Source: the human T2T-CHM13v2.0 reference genome, Homo sapiens. Taken from it: a DNA stretch of 64,000 nucleotides. Shown piece by piece: positions 1 through 11,191 of this stretch; the first letter of the stretch is position 1; every line of letters begins with the position of its first letter. The DNA lies in the NCBI RefSeq assembly GCF_009914755.1, contig NC_060929.1. One strand, given 5' to 3'. The position numbers were made by a program, and so were the translations under genes. The notes beneath the pieces were generated by a model. That model made no database searches. It was not told the DNA's origin and saw only the letters and a list, made by a program, of their open reading frames with translations.

Positions 1-799
1 TGTTCACATAGTAAAGTCTGAGAGCTGAAGAGATATGATGAGATCAATAGTGGGACTATGCTGGCACATTAAGGTTTTGGCTGATGAAAGGAAGGTGATT
101 ATAAGAGAAACTCTTAGTCCTAAAGGTCACTTGGAGGAAAGATAGCTCTGACCCAGTGCAAAGTTCCATTGGCGAGAGTCATGGTAGATCTGTGTATAGG
201 ATATACAAGCAAAACAGAACAGAATCATGTGATCCGTAGCTATTTTTTCCCATACTCCAGAAGACAGCTTAAAGTAGTAGAAAGAATAAGGGATTTGACA
301 TACTACTCACCTTGATTACAATCTCAGTTCTTGCATATATTATGAGTATGGGATACAGGTTACTGTGAGGATTAGAAATACTGTATAAATAGTATTTGTT
401 TCTTAGAGATATTCTTCTTCTCTTTTTCCTGGATTTTGAGGAAATCTGTGGGTTAGGGAAACCAGATAGCCTGATGCTATACCAGCTCTGCAAAGTGAAC
501 TCTCAGACATTGTTGAGCCAGTGGAAACAATAGCTTGTAACTTCTCTAATTTTCAAAACTCTGTACCTATCTCCTGCTAATCACAGGAAATCTATGTTTT
601 TCTTAAATTATTTCTTGTGTTTGCCCTGAACACGTAGTACAAATTCTTTACATCTGCAGAATTGCAAAAGCTACTTTTGTAACTACTAAAATTATTGCAT
701 TACAATGATTTTTCTCTGACTGAATAAGCACATATGATAATTATTTCTGAATGAATCTTCTGAATCCAGAATCATTTGTTTATGCTTTCCATATGTATG

Positions 800-981
800 T
801 GGTCCCTAAACTTTAGTACTGACCAAACATCTGAGGTGCTTCCTTAAAATACAAATAGCTGGATCAAACTCCAGAGACTCAGATTCAGGAAATCTGGGTT
901 TGGTGCCTGGAATTTGCAACTTTTACAACATCACAGATAATTCTAGTGTAATCTATCTATGGAATACATTTTGAGAAACTG
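800..981. mobile_element. MER5-like hAT-Charlie DNA transposon relic
   Basis: 'ccagagactcagattcaggaaatctggg...ggaatttgcaacttttacaa...tttgagaaact' resembles the MER5A/B core as recalled. Confidence 0.55.
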
Positions 982-1089
982 AGTCCTCAACCTACTGTAA
1001 TTCTAAAGTTAAATTGAAAAGGCCATGCTTCCTCTATTTTTGAGAAAAATAAATTTATTGATCCAACTAACTGTCCTAAACTTTAAGAC

Positions 1090-1553
1090 TGTATTAATTC
1101 TTTCCATCTATGAGCATGAGATGGCTTTCTATTTGTTTTTGTCCTCTTCAGTTTCTTTTATCTGTGTTTTATAGTTTCCCTTTATAGAGATCTTTCACCT
1201 CCTTAGTTCAATTTATTCCTCAGTATTTTATTTACTTTTTGTGTGGCTATTTTCAATAAGATTGATTTCTTATTCAGCTTGATTTCTTATTCAGCTAGTT
1301 TGAAATTAGTGTATAGAAGTGCCACTGATTATTTTATTAATTAATTTTGTATCCTGCAACTTTACTGAATTTGTTTATCAGTTTTGAGAGATTCCTGGCA
1401 CAGTCTAAGTTTTTCTATATATAAGAGCATGTCATCTGTAAAGAGGAAAGATTTGCCTACCTCTTTTCCAGTTTGGATGCCCTTTATTTCTTTCTCTTGC
1501 CTAATTTATCTGGCTACAATTTCTAGTATTATATTGAATAAGAGTGGTGAAAG
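1090..1553 (-). mobile_element. Old L1 (L1MA-like) ORF2 fragment, antisense; probable inverted 5' part of the adjacent L1
   Basis: Typical antisense L1 ORF2 text ('atcctgcaactttactgaatttgtttatcag', 'tattgaataagagtggtgaaag') that switches abruptly to sense L1 at ~1554. Confidence 0.8.
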
Positions 1554-2716
1554 ACATGAATGCAAATCAGATCCAAATGAGATATCATCTTACTCTGTTT
1601 GGAATGGCTATTGTCAAAAAGACAAAAGCTAATGAATGCTGGCAAGGATGAAGAACAAAGGGAATTCCTATTCACTGCTGATAGAAATGTAAATTAGAAT
1701 AACAATTACGGAAAACAATATGGAGATTTCTTTTAAAAAAATTAAAAATAGAACTATTATACAATCCAGCAATCCCACTGCTAGGTATTTATCCAAAGGA
1801 AGGGAAATCAGTGTATCAAAGGATATGTGCACCCCCATGTTTATCACAGCACTATTAACAATAGCTAAGATATGGATTTAACCTAAATGTCTATCAATGA
1901 ATAAATGAAGTAAGAAAATGTGGTGTCTGGTTTTCGGTCCTTGTGATAGTTTGCTCAGAATGATGGTTTCCAGCTTCATAGGTGGGAACTGAACAATGAG
2001 AACACTTGGACACAGGGTGGGGAACATCACACACCAGGGCCTGTCGTGGGATGGGGAGAGGGGGCAGGGATAGTATTAGGAGATATACCTAATGTAAATG
2101 ATGAGTTAAAGGGTGCAGCACACCAACATGGCACATGTATACATATGTAACAAACCTGCACGTTGTGCACATGTACCCTAGAACTTAAAGTATAATAATA
2201 AAAAAAGAAAATGTGGTATATGTGGTCAAGGGAATATTATTCAGCCATAAAAAATAATGAAATACCATTATTCATGACAACATAGATAAACCTGGAGGGT
2301 ATTTTTATTTACAATAGGTTAGGCACAGAAAAATAAAAGCTACATGTTCTCACTCATATGTATGAGCTAAAAAAGCCTGAGGAAAGTTATGGAAGGGGGA
2401 TAATCAGGAGAAGGGAGGATATGGAGAAGTTGATTAACAGACAGAAATTATAGCTAGATAGGAGAAATGAGCTCTAGTGATCTGCAGCACTGCAGGGTAC
2501 ACATGGTTACATATAATTTATTTTATATCTTCAAAAAGCTAGAATAGAGTATATTGAATGTTCATAACACAAATAAATAATATATATTTGAGGTAATAGA
2601 AATGCTAATTATTATAATTTTATTATTTCACATTGTATACATGTATGAAAATATTACTCTATATTTTATAAATATGTACCATAATTACATGTCAACTAAA
2701 AATTAAAAAGGAAAAA
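1554..2716 (+). mobile_element. Old L1 (L1MA-like) ORF2 end and 3' UTR, interrupted by a younger L1PA
   Basis: 'atgcaaatcagatccaaatgagatatcatct', 'atccagcaatcccactgctagg', and an L1MA-type 3' UTR ending in an A-rich tail at ~2697-2716. Confidence 0.8.
1925..2204 (+). mobile_element. L1PA 3' end with short 5' inversion and 13-bp TSD
   Basis: L1PA 3' UTR 'cataggtgggaactgaacaatgag...gtaccctagaacttaaagtataat'. TSD aagaaaatgtggt at 1912-1924 and 2205-2217. Segment 1925-1979 is antisense L1. Confidence 0.92.
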
Positions 2717-3334
2717 TTAATTGTATCATTAAACCTAAATTCTAAAACAATTGTTTACTTCTTAAGTTCTGAAAACTGCTCCTGGTTATTGGTACCTCAT
2801 AAATGTATATGGCTAAGCAATCATGGGAAACAAAATTCATAAATCCTCCTAAGAGTTTTGTGTTATCTTATTATAAACTACATGTTCTCAAGAAAAATCA
2901 CCAGGAGCTATAATATGATGAGCAATATTTTTTTCCAAAGAAGTTCAAAAAAGACAGCTAAAAGAAAACCAATAGTTTCTTAAACGTGTCAAGATAAGGG
3001 AAGATTTATAGCACAAATTCAATTATATAGAGACTGTCTATTTTAATCTAAAGTCTCTGAAATTACCAGTTTAAACACGTCCATCAGTAAATAAAATTTA
3101 CACAACAATAGCCATTTTGTGTTCAAAGATAACAGAAAATTATTTTTTATATTAAATGATGCATAATTAGGACTATAGAGAAGGAGTTCTGGTGTATATA
3201 CAGAGAAATGAAAATATAAAAACATATGCTTGCCAGTGAGATTAAAAGATGACGTATTATTACCATGTTGGTAGTATTGAAGGTTCACTTAAAGGAAATA
3301 TACCTATTTCTTGGTGGGAGGCACACGTGGAACT

Positions 3335-3480
3335 AAACTGCTTGGGGTCAGAATCCAGCTCTACTTTTATTTTGCTCTTTAGCTTTGGTCAAGGTCCTTT
3401 ACTCAGCATCTTTTGCCCCATTCCACCTTCTGTGTTTGCCCGTCTCCTGGAATTATTAATAAGACATAAAAATAGGGATC
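3335..3480 (+). mobile_element. MIR fragment
   Basis: Degenerate core 'tcagaatccagctctact...tttggtcaaggtcctttact'. Confidence 0.4.
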
Positions 3481-3489
3481 AAAGTGCTT

Positions 3490-3802
3490 CATTCATTCAG
3501 GCTACTGTAATAGAATACTGTTGATAGCCAAAGATAAATTTATTTCTCACAGTTCTGGAGGTCAAGAAGTCCAAAACCAAAGCACTGCTAGATCTGGTGT
3601 TTGGTGAGGGGCAGCTTCTACATTCATACAGAAACAATTTTTTTTTTCACTGGGTTCCCACATATTAGAAGGGTTGAGAGGAGTTTCTGGGCCTTCTTTA
3701 CAAGTTTACTCCCCAAATGTCCCACTTCCTAACACTATCATATTATGAGTTAGTATTTGACCCCCTGAAGTTTTATGGAACAAAAACATTCAGTCTGTTG
3801 CA
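3490..3802 (-). mobile_element. MLT1A-like MaLR solo LTR
   Basis: 'tttatttctcacagttctggagg...aagtccaaaaccaa' and terminal 'aaacattcagtctgttgca'. Confidence 0.7.
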
Positions 3803-3970
3803 TAAAGTAAATCTAATTATTGGGTTAGGGACTTGAGTAAAAGAGGTGACATTGTATTTTGGATCTTGAAAGAGTTGTTTTCCTCTGAGATGGTGGTACT
3901 CATTTCAGGGAATCAAGGATTAACATTAAAATAAGTTTGTGTCATGACTTCCTGTTAAAAGATAAGAATT

Positions 3971-4128
3971 TAACTGGGCATGGTACTCATCTATAGTCCC
4001 AGCTACTCAGAAGACTGAGGTAGGAGGATCACTTGAGCCCAGGGTTTGAGACTGCAGTAAGCTTAGATCATGCCACTGCACTTCAGTCTGGGTGACAGAG
4101 CAAGATCCTGTCTCAAAAAAAAAAAAAA
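3971..4128 (+). mobile_element. Alu monomer (FRAM-like)
   Basis: Single right-arm-type monomer 'gtcccagctactcag...ggatcacttgagccc...gcaagatcctgtctc' followed by a poly(A) tail. Confidence 0.85.
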
Positions 4129-4666
4129 TTTGTTGTTTGTTTTGATTGTTTTATGTTTTTAGTTTTTCTTTATGCTTGTCATATGGGAACAAACAATTTA
4201 AGGCTGCATGCAAACAGTACAATTCCCATTAGCTAACTATCAAGTGATGCAGTAATGTCTTATATAGCCACGCAGTTTTTTAAGGTTGTGCTATGTGGGT
4301 AAAAAAAAAAAAAAAGGAACTTAAAGGGAAGTACTCCTCATTCATTAACTTTTATCTTGACAACTATGCAGCAGGAACAAGATTTCATTATAGAGTTTTA
4401 TCTCATGGCCAGTGACAAAGAGATTAGTAACCCAGGATGTAGCTAACAATGGTTGAGGTGTATGGGAAATAGAGTAGTAACTACTAAATTACTGTACAAT
4501 GACTGGGAACAAAAGCCTACCTTTATTGAGTATATTAGGGCAGTTGCTTTCAAACAATACTAAAATATTTGACTCTTTTTTTATGCTTTCTAAAATTGCA
4601 ATTCTTGGACCGTGGTTCGAGCAAAGGAACATTTTGAGAGAAAGTCTCAGGAATCATATTTCAACA

Positions 4667-5658
4667 ACATTGGTCCCTCCCTAGTCTCTTCTCCCAATGT
4701 GTCAGGTCCCAATTCTTTCTTCTTTCTCTCCTGTCTGTTCCTTCAGTCTCCACCCTAAGCTCTGAGTCCTTTCAATCCTCCTTTTCTACGGACTCATCTG
4801 ACCTCTCCCCTTCTCGCCAGGCTGCTCCTTGCCAGGCTGAGCCAGGTCCCAATTCTTCCTCAGCCTCTGCTCCCCCACCCTATAATCTTTCTATCACCTT
4901 CCCTCCTCACACCCCGTCTGGCTTACAGTTAAGTTCTACAACTAGCCCTCCCCCACCTGCCCAACAATTTCTTCTTAAAGAGGTGGCTGGAGCTAAAGGC
5001 ATAGTCAAGGTTAATGCTCCTTTTTTCTTTATCCGATCTCTCCCAAATCAGTTAGCATTTAGGCTCTTTTTCATCAAATATAAAAAGTTAGCCCAGTTCA
5101 CGGCCCGTTTGGCAACAACCCTTAGACGCTTTACCACCCTAGACCCAGAGGGGCCAGAAGGCCGTCTTATTTTCAATATGCATTTTATAACCCGATCCAC
5201 TCCCGACATTAGAAAAAGCTCCAAAAGTTAGATTCTGGCCCTCAAACCCCACAACAGGACTTAATTAACCTCACCTTCAAGGTGTACAATAGCAGAGTAG
5301 AGGCAGCCAAGTAGCAATGTATTTCTGATTTGCAATTCCTTGCCTCCACTGTGAGACAAACCCCAGCCACATCTCCAGCACACAAGAACTCCAAATGCCT
5401 GAACCGCAGTGGCCAGGCATTCCTCTAGGACCGCCTGCCCCAGGATCTTGCTCCAAGTGACGGAAATCTGGCCACTGGACCAAGGAATGCCTGCAGCCTG
5501 GGATTCCTCCTAAGCCATGTCCCATCTGTGCGGGACCCCACTGGAAATCGGACTGTTCAACTCACCTGGAAGGCACTCCCAGAGCCCCTGGAACTCTGGT
5601 CCAAGGCTCTCTGACTGACTCCTTCCCAGATCTTCTCAGCTTAGCAGCTGAAGACTGA
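4667..5658 (+). pseudogene. gag: HERV-H gag remnant
   Basis: Zinc knuckles [13 protein letters not shown] (5449-5490, in-frame stop) and [13 protein letters not shown] (5518-5556). Confidence 0.85.
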
Positions 5659-5724
5659 CGCTGCCTGATTGCCTCGGAAGCCCCCTAGACCATCACGGCC
5701 GCCAAGCTTCGGGTAACTCTCACA

Positions 5725-6010
5725 GTGGAGGGTAAGCCCGTCCCCTTCTTAATCAATATGGAGGCTACCCGTTCCACATTACCTTCTTTTAAAGGGCCTG
5801 TTTCCCTTGCCTGCGTAACTGTTGTGGGTATTGATGGCCAGGCTTCTAAACCTCTTAAAACTCCCCAACTCTGGTGCCAGTTTGGACAATATTCTTTTAT
5901 ACACTCCTTTTTAGTTATCCCCACTTGCCCAGTTCCCTTATTAGGTTGAGACATTTTAACTAAATTATCTGCTTCCCTGACTATTCCTGGGCTACAGCCA
6001 CACCTCATTG
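5725..6010 (+). pseudogene. pro: HERV-H protease remnant
   Basis: ORF 5725-5949 reads 'VPFLINMEATRSTL...VVGIDG...CPVPLLG*'. The DTG(A) motif is degenerate and there is a stop in place of the R of the GRD motif. Confidence 0.85.
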
Positions 6011-6119
6011 CATCCTTTTCAAACCCAGTTCATAGCCTCCTTCACATCCTCTCCTTGTATCTCCCCACCTTAATCCACAGGTATGGGACACCTCTACTCC
6101 CTCCCTGGTAATCAATCAC

Positions 6120-8530
6120 ATGCTCATTACTATCCCATTAAAACCTTATCACCCTTACCCCACTCAATGCCAATATCCCAACCCACAGCAGGCTTTAAAA
6201 GGATTAAAGTCTGTTATCACTTGCCTGTTACAGCATGGCCTTTTAAAGGGTATAAACTCTCCTTGCAATTTCCCCATTTTACCTGTCCAAAATCCGGACA
6301 AGTCTTACAGGTTAGTTCAGGATCTGCACCTTATCAACCAAATTGTCTTGCCTTTCCACCCCATGGTGCCAAACCCATATACTCTCCTGTCCTCAATATC
6401 TCTTTCTACAACCTATTATTCTGTTCTGGGTCTCAAACATGCTTTCTTTACTATTCCTTTGCACCCTTCATCCCAGCCTCTCTTTGCTTTCACTTGGACT
6501 GACCCTGACGCCCATCAGGCTCAGCAGATTACCTGGGCTGTACTGCCGCAGGGCTTCACAGACAGCCCCCATTACTTCAGTCAAGCCCAAATTTCTTCCT
6601 CATCTGTTACCTATCTCAGCATAATTCTCATGAAAACACACATGCTCTCCCTGCTGATTGTGTCTGGCTAATTTCCCAAGCCCCAATCCCTTCTACAAAA
6701 CAACAACTCCTTTCTTTCTTAGGCATAGTTAGGTATTTCAGCCTTTGGATACCTAGTTTTACCATCCTGACTAAACCATTATATAAACTCACAAAAGCAA
6801 ACCTAGCTGACCCCACAGATCCTAAATCATTTTGCCACTCCTTCCCGTTCCTTAAAAACAGCCCTAGAAGCTGCCCCCACACTAGCTCTCCCTAACTCAT
6901 CCCAACCCTTTTTCATTACACACAGCCAAAGTGCAGGGCTGTGAGGTCAGAATTCTTACACAAGAGCCGGGACTGCACCCTGTAGCCTTTTTATCTGAAC
7001 AACTTGACCTTACTGTTTTAGCCTACCCTTCATGTCTGCTTGCAGCAGCTGCAGCTGCTTTAATACTTTTAGAGGCCCTCAAAATCACAAGCTATGCTCC
7101 ACTTACTCTCTACAGTTCTCATAACTTCCAAAATCTATTTTCCTCCTCACACTTGACACATATATTTTCTGCCCCCCAGCTCCTTCAGCTGTACCCACTC
7201 TTTGTTGAGTCTTCCACAGTTACCATTGTTCCTGGCCCGGACTTCAATCCAGCCTCCCACATTATTCCTGATACCACACCTGAACCCCATGACTGTATCT
7301 CTCTGATACACTTGGCATTCTGTCCATTTCCCCATATTTCCTTCTTTCCTGTTCCTCACACTGATCATACCTGGTTTATTGATGGCAGTTCCACCAGGCC
7401 TAATCACCACACACCAGCAAAGGCAGGCTATGCTATAGTATCTTCCACATCTATCATTGAGGCTACCACTCTGCCCCACTCCACTACTTCTCAGCAAGCC
7501 AAAATCATTGCCTTAACTCAAGCCCTCACTCTTGCAAAGGAATTACGTGTCAATATTTATACTGACTCTAAATATGCCTTCCATATCCTGCACCACCATG
7601 CTGTTACATGGGCTGAAAGAGGTTTCCTCACTATGCAAGGGTCCTCCATCATTAACGCCTCTTTAATAAAAACTCTTCTCAAGGCCGCTTTACCTCCAAA
7701 GGAAACTGGAGTCATTCACTGCAAGGGCCATCAAAAGGTATCAGATCCCATCAGTCAAGGCAATGCTTATGCTGATAAGGTAGCTAAAGAAGCAGCTAGC
7801 ATTCCAACTTCTGCCCCTCACGGCCAGTTTTTCTCCTTCTCATCTGGTCACTCCCACTTACTCCCCGACTGAAACTTCCACCTATCAATCTCTTCCCACA
7901 CAAGGCAAAAGGTTACTGGACTAAGAAAAATATCTCCTTCCAGCCTTACAGGCCCATTCTATTCTGTCATCATTTCATAACCTCTTCCATGTAGGTTATA
8001 AGCTGCTAGCCCGTCTCTTAGAACCTCTTATTTCCTTTCCATCATGGAAATCTATCCTGAAGGAAATCACTTCTCAGTGTTCCATCTGCTATTCTGCTAC
8101 TCCTCAGGGAGTGTTCAGGCCCCTTCCCTTCCCTACACATCAAGCTCAGGGATTTGCCCCCACCCAGGACTGGCAAATTGACTTTACTCACACAGCTTGA
8201 GTCAGGAAACTAAAATACCTCTTGGTCTGGATAGACACTTCCACTGGATGGGTAAAGAAAGGCCTTTCCCACAGGGTCTGAGAAGGCCACCATGGTCATT
8301 TCTTCCCTTCTGTCAGACATAATTCCTCTGTTTGGCCTTCCCACCTTTATACAGTCTGATAACGGACTGGCCTTTACTAGTCAAATCACCCAAGCAGTTT
8401 CTCAGGCTCTTGGTATTCAGTGAAAGCTTCATACCCCTTACCATCCTCCCACCTCTATACAGTCCAATAACAGACTGGCCTTTATTAGTCAAATCACCCA
8501 AGCCATTTCTCAGGCTCTTGGTATTTAGTG
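6120..8530 (+). pseudogene. pol: HERV-H pol remnant (RT, RNase H, partial integrase)
   Basis: RT motifs 'YRLVQDL', 'LKHAFFTIPL' and 'LPQGFTDSP'. RNase H motifs 'WFIDGSS', 'IYTDSKY' and 'GNAYAD' in ORF 6931-7872. Integrase 'WQIDFTH' at 8171. Frameshifts, stops and deletions throughout. Confidence 0.93.
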
Positions 8531-8719
8531 GCTCCTGGTTTTACCTCAAATCGCCATTTTTAAGTCTCTCTTGAAGTGGATAGATCTTCAGTGGCAAGGT
8601 ACCCTCCAGAACTTTCACCCTGATGAAATCCTATTCTTCCCTTTTATACTCACTCTTATTCTGGTTCCCGTTCTTATGCCACCCTCTACCTCTCCCCAGC
8701 TATCTCCACCACGCTATCA

Positions 8720-9200
8720 AACTCACTCTCTCCTGGCCGTTTCTAATCCTTCTTTAACAAACAATTGCTGGCTTTGTATTTCTCTTTCCTCCAAAATCAC
8801 TGAGGCCCTGACTTACTCACTGCTAAAAAAAAAAAAAAAAAAAAAAAAAAACAACAACAACAACAAAAAAACGGGACTCTGTATATTTTTAAATGAAGAG
8901 TGTTGATTTTATCTAAATCAATCTGGCCTGGTATATGACAACATAAAAAAAAAATCAAGGATAGAGCCCAAAAACTTGCCAACCAAGCAAATAATTATGC
9001 TGAACCTCCTTGGACACTCTGTAATTGGATATCCTGGGTACTCCCAATTCTTAGTCCTTTAATACCTGTTTTTCTCCTTCTCTTATTTGGACCCTGTGTC
9101 TTTCGTTTAGTTTCTCAACTCATACAAAACCACATCCAGGCCATCACCAATAATTCTATGCAACACATGTTCCTTCTAACAACCCCACAATATCACCCCT
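8720..9200 (+). pseudogene. env: HERV-H env remnant with large internal deletion
   Basis: SU motif CWLC (8766-8777) lies ~100 bp from the TM motif 'GLCIFLNEEC*FYLNQSG', followed by transmembrane-like sequence. Confidence 0.85.
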
Positions 9201-9384
9201 TACCCCAAAATCATTCTTCAGTTGAATCTCTCCCACTGTAGGTTCCCACGCCACCCCTAATGCCACTTGAAGCAGCCCTGAGAAACATCGCCCATTATCT
9301 CTTCTTACCACCCACAAAACTTTTCGCTGCTCCAACACTTCACTATTTTGTTTTGCTTTTCTTATTAATACAAGAAGACAGGAT

Positions 9385-9846
9385 TGTCAGGCCTCTAAGC
9401 CCAAGCTAAGCCATCATATCCCCTGTGACCTGCATGTATACATCCAGATGGCCTGAAGCAACTGAAGATCCACAAAAGAAGTGAAAATAGCCTTAACTGA
9501 TGACATTCCAGCATTGTGATTTGTTTCTGCCCCACTCTAACTGATCAATGTACTTTGTAATTTCTCCCACCCTTAAGAAGATTCTTTGTAATCTCCCCCA
9601 CCCTAAAGAAGGTTCTTTGTAATTCTCCCCACCCTCGAGAATGTACTTTGTGAGATCCACCCCTGTCCGCAAAACATAGCTCCTAACTCCACCACCTCTC
9701 CCAAAACCTATGGTAGCTAATGATTATCCCACCACACTTGTTGACTCTCTTTTTGGACTCAGCCCGCCTGCACCCAGGTGAAATAAACAGCCTTGTTGCT
9801 CACACAAAGCCTGTTTGATGGTCTCTTCACACGGACGCATGAGACA
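9385..9846 (+). mobile_element. HERV-H 3' LTR (LTR7 family, probably LTR7B/type II)
   Basis: TG...CA ends (tgtcaggcctct...gagaca), purine tract at 9372-9383, ~31-bp U3 repeats at 9552-9660, AATAAA at 9782-9787. Confidence 0.93.
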
Positions 9847-10649
9847 ACTTTTAGTACTTCAGTCTGACTTTCTAAACTAAAACCTACAAAACAAATAGTA
9901 CCAGATAAATGCCTGCTATTTTCAAATACTATTTTTAAAATTTAGTTACAAAAAGGGTTGACATCATTTTAAGTTATGAAAATACAGAATGTGTCACTGA
10001 TTGCCAGTTGTTGTTCAGATCCAGCCTTAGTCAGATTTATTTGAAGAAAAAGATTACCATTTTATCAAAGTTGGATGTCTTTCCAAGCACTTTTTTTTTA
10101 CTAATTATTTTTGGAATTTCAGGGAGTCAGGAGCATTTGAATTCACTTATAAAGGGATTAAGAATGAGATGGAAACATCTGCTCCTGTGAACATTGTTAT
10201 TTTTCCTGAGCCCCGATTTTAAATAGAGCAGTTTTTGTTGTTATTTCAAAAGAATTAGTGCCCAAGCAAATTAAAGATATATTTGTTAATAAATTACATA
10301 CGTATTGTACATGTGGCAATAGATAATCATAGGACAATATAGAAATCTAGAATAGTGGTAAGAAAGTAACTCTGTTCCTAAAAGAATTGGCAAAAAAGTA
10401 GATATAATCATGCTAGATAATTGTGTTTCCCTTTTAAAATGAAAGTTGCATGCAACTACAAAATTCCCTTACTTTCCTTGAGACAAAGTTTACAGTGTTT
10501 CTGAAGCACTCGATTGATAATTAGCTTCCATTTTTATGTGTACTATTTTAGAAATAATCATTTGCCAAGTTCTGATGATTAAAATGTACATTTTCAAATC
10601 CCCAATAGAATACTGTGGAAAATGTGATTTTTAGGAGGAAAGATCCCAA

Positions 10650-10822
10650 GCCTGGAGGCTAAGGTTCAAATCCAAATCTATTTCAAAAACATAACTTTGG
10701 GCAAGTTACTTAACCTCTCTGTTCCTCATTTCACTCAATTTGTTATAAAAATGAGATAATAATCCATATTGCATAGAGCTTTTTTGAGCATTTAATTAAT
10801 TAATACATGTAAAGCATAGAGA
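10650..10822 (+). mobile_element. MIR
   Basis: Core 'actttgggcaagttacttaacctctctgttcctcattt...aaaatgagataataat'. Confidence 0.8.
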
Positions 10823-11191
10823 AAGCAACATTTTTACTTATGAAACATTCATATTGACATTTCCCTAAAGTCTTCAACTAAAATTTAGTCTTTTGAGATT
10901 TTATTCTCTCCCTTGCTCTCCTGTTCTCTCTGTGCATATATCTCTGTGTGTATGCGTATATATGCACACAGATATTATATAATATCTTTTCATATATTAT
11001 ATATGCATATATTTTATATGTATCTTTTTATGTGTACACACACAGTTTTTTTTTTTGTAGAGTTTCTTTTCATCCCTTTCATATACATAAATATTTTTAG
11101 CTTCCTTTTTTCCCCCCAAATTAGAGTTCATAGTTATCAAAAAAAATTAGAAAGTCTGGATTAGGGAGAGACTTTATTCAAAAAGGCTATT

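Larger units (their letters stand above)
4667..9846 (+). mobile_element. HERV-H provirus, defective, lacking the 5' LTR, PBS and leader
   Basis: C/T-rich internal sequence with gag zinc knuckles, protease, RT, RNase H, integrase and env remnants in retroviral order, followed by a PPT and an LTR7-family LTR. Confidence 0.95.

Noticed and set aside
4700-4710. 'tgtcagg' as the start of a 5' LTR
   Set aside because: Only 7 nt match the LTR start. The sequence on both sides is gag-region internal sequence.
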